DNA of 64,000 nt from Auanema rhodensis (lineage: Eukaryota > Animalia > Nematoda). The DNA lies in contig OZ059894.1 in the NCBI GenBank assembly GCA_964057225.1, positions 13,144,001 to 13,208,000 of the forward strand, read 5' to 3'. The translations under genes and the position numbers were made by a program. A model generated the notes under the pieces. The model was not told where the DNA came from, ran no database searches, and was given only the letters and a program-made list of their open reading frames with translations. Below, piece after piece: positions 45,001-53,233 of this stretch. Numbering within the stretch: position 1 is the stretch's first letter; every line of letters starts with the position of its first letter.

Positions 45001-48000
45001 AAACGATCTTAATTTGAATTTTCTGATACTAAAAAAATAAAACATGGAAATATTTTATAATTTTCCAATTCATTTTACTCCATTTTCTTCATTTAATCAC
45101 GTATTTTGAAACAATCTCAAATTTTTACAATAGTTTTGAAACAATTCATTCGTTCATTAAGATTTTAAACAATGAAAAAAAAAAGTTTGAATATTTTGAA
45201 ACTCAAGAAATAAAACATGAAAATATTTTATAATTTTCCAATTCATTTTACTCCATTTTCTTCATTTAATCACGTATTTTGAAACAATCTCATATTTTTA
45301 CAATAGTTTTGAAACAATTCATTCGTTCTGTAAGATTTTAAACAGTGAAAAAAAAAAGTTTAAATATTTTGATACTCAAGAAATAAAACATGAAAATAAT
45401 TTATAATTTTCCAATTCATTTTACTCCATTTTCTTCATTTAATCACGTATTTTGAAACAATCTCGAATTTTTACAATAGTTTTGAAACAATTCATTCGTT
45501 CATTAAGATTTTAAACAGTGAAAAAAAAAAGTTTGAATATTTTGATACTAAAAAAATAAAACATGAAAATATTTTAAAATTTTCCAATTCATTTTACTCT
45601 ATTTTCTTCATTTAATCACGTATTTTGAAACAATCTCAAATTTTTACAATAGTTTTGAAACAATTCATTCGTTCATTGAGATTTTAAACAGTGAAAAAAA
45701 AAGTTTGAATATTTTGATACTCAAGAAATAAAACATGAAAATATTTTATAATTTTCCAATTCATTTTACTCCATTTTCTTCATTTAATCACGTATTTTGA
45801 AACAATCTCAAATTTTTACAATAGTTTTGAAACAATTCATTCGTTCATTGAGATTCTAAACAGTGAAAAAAAAAGTTTGAATATTTTGATACTCAAGAAA
45901 TAAAACATGAAAATTTTTTATAATTTTCCAATTCATTTTACTCTATTTTCTTCATTTAATCATGTTTCTTGGAACAATTTTAAATTTTTACAATAATTTC
46001 GAAAAAAATCATTCATTTAATAATGTTTTTAACAGTAAAGAAGATATAATTTTAAATATTTTGATACTCAAAAAATAAAACATGAAAATATTTTAAAATT
46101 TTCCAATTCATTTTACTCTATTTTCTTCATTTAATCATGTTTCTTGGAACAATTTTAAATTTTACAATAATTTCAAAACAAATCATCCAGTTAATAATGT
46201 TTTTAACAGTAAAGTAGATATAATTTTAATTATTTTGATACTCAAAAAATAAAACATGAAAATATTTTATAATTTTCCAATTCATTTTACTCTATTTTCT
46301 TCATTTAATCACGTATTTTGAAACAATCTCATATTTTTACAATAGTTTTGAAACAATTCATTCGTTCATTAAGATTTTAAATAGTGAAAAAAAAAATTTT
46401 GAATATTTTGATACTCAAGAAATAAAACATGAAAATATTTTATAATATTCCAATTCATTTTACTCTATTTTCTTCATTTAATCATGTTTCTTGGAACAAT
46501 TTTAAATTTTACAATAATTTCGAAACAAATCATCCAGTTAATAATGTTTTTAACAGTAAAGTAGATATAATTTTAATTATTTTGATACTCAAAAAAGAAA
46601 ACATGAAAATATTTTATAATTTTCCAATTCATTTTACTCCATTTTCTTCATTTAATCACGTATTTTGAAACAATCTCATATTTTTACAATAGTTTTAAAA
46701 CAATTCATTCGTTCATTAAGATTTTAAACAGTGAAAAAAAAAAGTTTGAGTATTTTGATACTCAAGAAATAAAACATGAAAATATTTTATAATATTCCAA
46801 TTCATTTTACTCTATTTTCTTCATTTAATCATGTTTCTTGGAACAATTTTAAATTTTACAATAATTTCGAAACAAATCATCCAGTTAATAATGTTTTTAA
46901 CTGTAAAGTAGATATAATTTTAATTTATTTTGATACTCAAAAAATAAAACATAAAAATATTTTATAATTTTCCAATTCATTTTACTCCATTTTCTTCATT
47001 TAATCACGTATTTTGAAACAATCTCATATTTTTACAATAGTTTTGAAACAATTCATTCGTTCATTGAGATTTGAAACATTAAAAACGATCTTAATTTGAA
47101 TTTTCTGATACTAAAAAAATAAAACATGGAAATATTTTATAATTTTCCAATTCATTTTACTCCATTTTCTTCATTTAATCACGTATTTTGAAACAATCTC
47201 AAATTTTTACAATAGTTTTGAAACAATTCATTCGTTCATTAAGATTTTAAACAATGAAAAAAAAAAGTTTGAATATTTTGAAACTCAAGAAATAAAACAT
47301 GAAAATATTTTATAATTTTCCAATTCATTTTACTCCATTTTCTTCATTTAATCACGTATTTTGAAACAATCTCATATTTTTACAATAGTTTTGAAACAAT
47401 TCATTCGTTCTGTAAGATTTTAAACAGTGAAAAAAAAAAGTTTAAATATTTTGATACTCAAGAAATAAAACATGAAAATAATTTATAATTTTCCAATTCA
47501 TTTTACTCCATTTTCTTCATTTAATCACGTATTTTGAAACAATCTCGAATTTTTACAATAGTTTTGAAACAATTCATTCGTTCATTAAGATTTTAAACAG
47601 TGAAAAAAAAAAGTTTGAATATTTTGATACTAAAAAAATAAAACATGAAAATATTTTAAAATTTTCCAATTCATTTTACTATATTTTCTTCATTTAATCA
47701 CGTATTTTGAAACAATCTCAAATTTTTACAATAGTTTTGAAACAATTCATTCGTTCATTGAGATTTTAAACAGTGAAAAAAAAAGTTTGAATATTTTGAT
47801 ACTCAAGAAATAAAACATGAAAATTTTTTATAATTTTCCAATTCATTTTACTCTATTTTCTTCATTTAATCATGTTTCTTGGAACAATTTTAAATTTTTA
47901 CAATAATTTCGAAAAAAATCATTCATTTAATAATGTTTTTAACAGTAAAGAAGATATAATTTTAAATATTTTGATACTCAAAAAATAAAACATGAAAATA

Positions 48001-51000
48001 TTTTAAAATTTTCCAATTCATTTTACTCTATTTTCTTCATTTAATCATGTTTCTTGGAACAATTTTAAATTTTACAATAATTTCAAAACAAATCATCCAG
48101 TTAATAATGTTTTTAACAGTAAAGTAGATATAATTTTAATTATTTTGATACTCAAAAAATAAAACATGAAAATATTTTATAATTTTCCAATTCATTTTAC
48201 TCTATTTTCTTCATTTAATCATGTTTCTTGGAACAATTTTAAATTTTTACAATAATTTCGAAACAAATCATCCAGTTAATAATGTTTTTAACAGTAAAGA
48301 AGTTATAATTTCAAATATTTTGATACTCAAAAAATAAAACATGAAAATATTTTATAATTTTCCAATTCATTTTACTCTATTTTCTTCATTTAATCACGTA
48401 TTTTGAAACAATCTCATATTTTTACAATAGTTTTGAAACAATTCATTCGTTCTGTAAGATTTTAAACAGTGAAAAAAAAAAGTTTAAATGTTTTGATACT
48501 CAAGAAATAAAACATGAAAATATTTTATAATTTTCCAATTCATTTTACTCCATTTTCTTCATTTAATCACGTATTTTGAAACAATCTCGAATTTTTACAA
48601 TAGTTTTGAAACAATTCATTCGTTCATTAAGATTTTAAACAGTGAAAAAAAAAAGTTTGAATATTTTGATACTAAAAAAATAAAACATGAAAATATTTTA
48701 TAATTTTCCAATTCATTTTACTCCATTTTCTTCATTTAATCACGTATTTTGAAACAATCTCATATTTTTACAATAGTTTTGAAACAATTCATTCGTTCAT
48801 TAAGATTTTAAACAGTGAAAAAAAAAGTTTGAATGTTTTGATACTCAAGAAATAAAACATGAAAATATTTTATAATATTCCAATTCATTTTACTCTATTT
48901 TCTTCATTTAATCACGTATTTTGAAACAATCTCATATTTTTACAATAGTTTTGGAACAATTAATTCGTTCATTAAGATTTGAAACATTAAAAGCGATCTT
49001 AATTTGAATTTTCTGATACTAAGAAAATAAAACATGGAAATATTTTATAATTTTCCAATTCATTTTACTCCATTTTCTTCATTTAATCACGTATTTTGAA
49101 ACAATCTCAAATTTTTACAATAGTTTTGAAACAATTCATTCGTTTATTAAGATTTTAAACAGTGAAAAAAAAAAGTTTGAATATTTTGAAACTCTAGAAA
49201 TAAAACATGAAAATATTTTATTATTTTCCAATTCATTTTACTCCATTTTCTTCATTTAATCACGTATTTTGAAACAATCTCATATTTTTCCAATAGTTTT
49301 GAAACAATTCATTCGTTCATTAAGGTTTTAAACAGTGAAAAAAAAAGTTTGAATGTTTTGATACTCAAGAAATAAAACATGAAAATATTTTATAATATTC
49401 CAATTCATTTTACTCTATTTTCTTCATTTAATCACGTATTTTGAAACAATCTCATATTTTTACAATAGTTTTGGAACAATTAATTCGTTCATTAAGATTT
49501 GAAACATTAAAAGCGATCTTAATTTGAATTTTCTGATACTAAGAAAATAAAACATGGAAATATTTTATAATTTTCCAATTCATTTTACTCCATTTTCTTC
49601 ATTTAATCACGTATTTTGAAACAATCTCAAATTTTTACAATAGTTTTGAAACAATTCATTCGTTCATTAAGATTTTAAACAGTGAAAAAAAAAAGTTTAA
49701 TTATTTTGATACTCAAGAAATAAAACATGAAAATATTTTATAATTTTCCAATTCATTTTACTCCATTTTCTTCATTTAATCACGTATTTTGAAACAATCA
49801 CATATTTTTACAATAGTTTTGAAACAATTCATTCGTTCATTGAGATTTGAAACATTAAAAACGATCTTAATTTGAATTTTCTGATACTAAAAAAATAAAA
49901 CATGAAAATATTTTAAAATTTTCCAATTCATTTTACTCTATTTTCTTCATTTAATCACGTATTTTGAAACAATCTCAAATTTTTACAATAGTTTTGAAAC
50001 AATTCATTCGTTCATTGAGATTTTGAACAGTGAAAAAAAAAGTTTGAATATTTTGATACTCAAGAAATAAAACATGAAAATATTTTATAATTTTCCAATT
50101 CATTTTACTCCATTTTCTTCATTTAATCACGTATTTTGAAACAATCTCAAATTTTTACAATAGTTTTGAAACAATTCATTCGTTCATTAAGATTTTAAAC
50201 AGTGAAAAAAGAAAGTTTGAATATTTTGATACTAAAAAAATAAAACATGAAAATATTTTAAAATTTTCCAATTCATTTTACTCTATTTTCTTCATTTAAT
50301 CACGTATTTTGAAACAATCTCAAATTTTTACAATAGTTTTGAAACAATTCATTCGTTCATTGAGATTTTAAACAGTGAAAAAAAAAGTTTGAATATTTTG
50401 ATACTCAAGAAATAAAACATGAAAATTTTTTATAATTTTCCAATTCATTTTACTCTATTTTCTTCATTTAATCATGTTTCTTGGAACAATCTCAAATTTT
50501 TACAATAGTTTTGAAACAATTCATTCGTTCATTAAGATTTTAAACAGTGAAAAAAAAAAGTTTGAATATTTTGATACTAAAAAAATAAAACATGAAAATT
50601 TTTTATAATTTTCCAATTCATTTTACTCTATTTTCTTCATTTAATCATGTTTCTTGGAACAATCTCAAATTTTTACAATAGTTTTGAAACAATTTATTCG
50701 TTCATTAAGATTTTAAACAGTGAAAAAAGAAAGTTTGATTATTTTGATACTAAAAAAATAAAACATGAAAATATTTTAAAATTTTCCAATTCATTTTACT
50801 CTATTTTCTTCATTTAATCACGTATTTTGAAACAATCTCAAATTTTTACAATAGTTTTGAAACAATTCATTCGTTCATTGAGATTTTAAACAGTGAAAAA
50901 AAAAGTTTGAATATTTTGATACTCAAGAAATAAAACATGAAAATTTTTTATAATTTTCCAATTCATTTTACTCTATTTTCTTCATTTAATCATGTTTCTT

Positions 51001-51573
51001 GGAACAATTTTAAATTTTTACAATAATTTCGAAACAAATCATTCATTTAATAATGTTTTTAACAGTAAAGAAGATATAATTTTAAATATTTTGATACTCA
51101 AAAAATAAAACATGAAAATATTTAAAAATTTTCCAATTCATTTTACTCTATTTTCTTCATTTAATCATGTTTCTTGGAACAATCTCAAATTTTTACAATA
51201 GTTTTGAAACAATTCATTCGTTCATTAAGATTTTAAACAGTGAAAAAAAAAGTTTGAATATTTTGAAACTCAAGAAATAAAACATGAAAATATTTTATAA
51301 TTTTCCAATTCATTTTACTCCATTTTCTTCATTTAATCACGTATTTTGAAACAATCTCATATTTTTACAATAATTTCAAAACAAATCATCCAGTTAATAA
51401 TGTTTTTAACAGTAAAGTAGATATAATTTTAATTATTTTGATACTCAAAAAATAAAACATGAAAATATTTTATAATTTTCCAATTCATTTTACTCTATTT
51501 TCTTCATTTAATCATGTTTCTTGGAACAATTTTAAATTTTACAATAATTTCAAAACAAATCATCCAGTTAATA
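1..51573. repeat. AT-rich tandem satellite array, ~173-bp monomer (left arm); putative centromeric/pericentromeric satellite
   Basis: TTAATCACGT at 1 recurs at 174 and then every ~171-175 bp, always in the same orientation. Class A monomers read CACGTATTTTGAAACAATCTCA...TTCATTCGTTC...GTGA(9-10)GTTTG. Class B monomers read CATGTTTCTTGGAACAATTTT...AAATCATCCAGTTAATAATG...GTAAAGTAG. Sub-class C carries GATTTGAAACATTAAAAACGATC. All share the ~70-bp block AAATAAAACATGAAAATATTTTATAATTTTCCAATTCATTTTACTC(C/T)ATTTTCTTCATTTAATCA. The centromeric role is inferred only from monomer size and HOR organisation. Confidence 0.98.
29800..48200. repeat. Higher-order repeat domain: 16-monomer (2776 bp) unit with 8-, 12-, 13- and 14-monomer derivatives
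   Basis: The diagnostic variant TTTAACTGTAAAG recurs at 31113, 32501 and 35277 (spacings 1388 and 2776). The marker 79-aa spurious ORF recurs at 34805, 36887, 39663, 41919, 44347 and 46429 (spacings 2082, 2776, 2256, 2428, 2082 = 12, 16, 13, 14, 12 monomers). Private variants (CTCGAAT, GATTCTAAAC, CGAAAAAAATC, CTTCGAAC, TTGAGTATT) keep a fixed order. Domain limits are approximate. Confidence 0.88.
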
Positions 51574-51606
51574 CTTATTTTTTACTATGTTAAGACGTTA
51601 AAAATA
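51569..51606 (-). repeat. 3' terminal extension (rE) beyond the 3' ITR, including the TAATA core
   Basis: 33 bp (51574-51606) present at this end only and not matched at the other terminus; its reverse complement lies in the ICR (51959-51991). Equivalent to the rE segment of DIRS-1. Confidence 0.9.
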
Positions 51607-51759
51607 TATTATATTTATTCGACTATAGCTATATTGTTTAACATGACCTCACGTGATAAAAGAAAAATTTTCCAAAATTTAAATAACAAGACCGTGTGAA
51701 AGAGGGCTAAAGGCGGGAAACCGGGGTATAAAGGGCAAGAAAGTGGTAAGTAAAGTCAG
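51607..51759 (-). repeat. 3' inverted terminal repeat (153 bp)
   Basis: Reverse complement of 55840-55992 with a single mismatch (T51616 vs C55983). Confidence 0.96.
51614..51619 (-). terminator. Candidate polyadenylation signal AATAAA of the element transcript
   Basis: Plus-strand TTTATT reads AATAAA on the coding strand, 40 nt before the element end. The other ITR has AATCAA at this position. Confidence 0.55.
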
Positions 51760-51761
51760 AT
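51727..51761 (+). promoter_or_regulatory. Mirror copy of the TATA/Inr promoter in the 3' ITR (candidate antisense promoter)
   Basis: TATAAA at 51727-51732 and TCAGAT at 51756-51761 (A at +31), pointing into the element on the non-coding strand. Confidence 0.4.
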
Positions 51762-51939
51762 CTATAAAAAAAGAAAAAACAAAAGAGGGGGGAAACAAGA
51801 TGCCGGGAAGTAAGGTGGCGCATGTTTCATCTTCTTGGAGCCTGATTTTTGGGAGGGCGGCGGAATCTGAAATCAACGAGTGCAGAGGGAGAGAAGAGGA
51901 ATCCGAAGGTGGTGAAGAAAGGGGTGGCAGGCGGGAGAC

Positions 51940-52016
51940 TAGTCGAATAAATATAATATATTTTTAACGTCTTAACATAGTAAAAAATAAGTATTATATT
52001 GATTCGACTATAGCTA
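51940..52016. repeat. Internal complementary region (ICR), 77 bp
   Basis: 51940-51996 is the exact reverse complement of 51569-51625, and 51992-52016 is the exact reverse complement of 55968-55992. The two parts overlap in TATTA (51992-51996). On the coding strand the ICR starts 2 bp after the recombinase stop codon. Confidence 0.96.
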
Positions 52017-52018
52017 GT

Positions 52019-53233
52019 CTAAGAAAGGACGGATTCCTGGAAAGAAGGCCTCTTACAGTAATGACTGAAAAAGGTGCTTTCCGAGGCCCAATTCGCCGCT
52101 TCTAAGATGGTCTTAACCGGAAGCCCATTTTTAAAGACCTTCGAAGTAGCCGCAGCCCGAACAGAGTGTGCTTTAAACTTGGTGGAGATTCCTGCTTCTT
52201 CCAAGCAGGATCTGATCCAGCCGGCTACCGTGGTAGCGGTGACAGGTTCCCCCCGGTTCACGCTAATAAGTAAGCTGCGTGACTGACGAATCCGTGTGGT
52301 AGCGGATATGTACGCGTTTATGCAGGCAACGGGACAGATGAGGGAGCGATCTGGATGGTTCTCGAAAGAGGCTTCCCGAGGAGGGCCTTTCCTTCTATTC
52401 TTATTTCTAAACTCAATGAAGAAGGTAATTTCCTGCGGGTCGAGCCGCATGCTATCCAGAGATAGGGAGGCTAATTCGGATGCGCGCTGAGGCGAACACA
52501 AAGCTAGCAGGGTGGCTAATTTGCGAGTTAATGTGTGTAAGGGAAGGTCGGTATTTGGGCCCAGCCCAGCGAGGTGATCTAAGACTGTAGAGGGATTCCA
52601 AACATCCATGTACCTGGCCCTTGGGGGTTTGGTACGGTAAATCCCTCGTAGCAGCTGTTTGAGCATGGGGTCTTCCCTAATGGAAGGGGTCACCGAGTAG
52701 TGTTCCGCCAGGAGACAGAGGGCAGATTTGGCCGTGGAAGCTGAAGAGAAGCTGCGGTGTTCAGCACGAATAGAGAGGAAGTTAGCGACATTGGTAGCGG
52801 TAGGCACAAAGTCAATCTGCGTTTGGATACAGTACTTCTCCCACATTCTGTATACCGAATTGTATTGCCTTCGAGTACCCGGAGCGAGAGCGTTAACCAG
52901 GAGATGTTTAGTCTGCTCCGAAATGCCATCTATGTGGGAGGTTAGATCTTCCACGCCGCCAGGGCGAAATTCTTTGTCCCTAGGAGGGGATGAGAGTTTC
53001 CTTCTTTGTCCTGAAGGAGGTGAGGGTGGTGAAGAACTAAGGGAGTCTCCTGGGCTAGTTGGGTTAGGAGGGGGAATCAAATTTGACTCTTCCAAACCGG
53101 GGCTACCAGAATGGCTCGTCTGCCGGAGCTTGCTAGTCTGTTGATCGTCCTCTTGAGGAGGTGGAAAGGCGGGAAGGCGAAGAGAAGCCCTTGAGGCAGC
53201 AATTTCCAGTTGTGCGAGAAGGCGTCTACGCAA
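52019..53233 (-). CDS. Tyrosine recombinase (DIRS-type; N-terminal core-binding domain plus catalytic domain); true start uncertain
   Basis: Core-binding region LAPGTRRQY..W..Y...VANFL. Catalytic motifs SPQRASEL (R), RNKN (K), AHSVRAAATS (HxxR), AANW (W), STFFSHY (Y). The annotated start is TTG and the first ATG is codon 130 (52846). The first ~100 codons are low-complexity and overlap the MT domain in the -1 frame. Confidence 0.93.
   Translation of the reverse strand: MRRRLLAQLEIAASRASLRLPAFPPPQEDDQQTSKLRQTSHSGSPGLEESNLIPPPNPTSPGDSLSSSPPSPPSGQRRKLSSPPRDKEFRPGGVEDLTSHIDGISEQTKHLLVNALAPGTRRQYNSVYRMWEKYCIQTQIDFVPTATNVANFLSIRAEHRSFSSASTAKSALCLLAEHYSVTPSIREDPMLKQLLRGIYRTKPPRARYMDVWNPSTVLDHLAGLGPNTDLPLHTLTRKLATLLALCSPQRASELASLSLDSMRLDPQEITFFIEFRNKNRRKGPPREASFENHPDRSLICPVACINAYISATTRIRQSRSLLISVNRGEPVTATTVAGWIRSCLEEAGISTKFKAHSVRAAATSKVFKNGLPVKTILEAANWASESTFFSHYCKRPSFQESVLS
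52942..53076 (-). pseudogene. In-frame C-terminal remainder of the methyltransferase-like domain beyond the TGA
   Basis: Manual translation after the TGA gives FPLLTQLAQETPLVLHHPHLLQDKEGNSHPLLGTKNFALAAWKI then TAA (52942-52944). This fits the typical DIRS MT tail Q.WFP.L...P..L...HPL....L.AW, recalled from family knowledge rather than aligned. Confidence 0.75.

Noticed and set aside
51665-51676. 12-bp match AAAATTTTCCAA between the ITR and some satellite monomers, suggesting the satellite derives from the ITR
   Set aside because: The match is short, extremely AT-rich and does not extend, so it is insufficient evidence of common origin.
51514-51967. ORFs spanning the satellite/ITR junction and the 3' spacer
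   Set aside because: They cross non-coding terminal repeats and purine-biased low-complexity sequence, with no motif support.
53077-53079. Alternative genetic code (UGA = Trp)
   Set aside because: It is the only in-frame TGA in over 900 codons, and the neighbouring Trp codons checked (PVW, AAW) are TGG.
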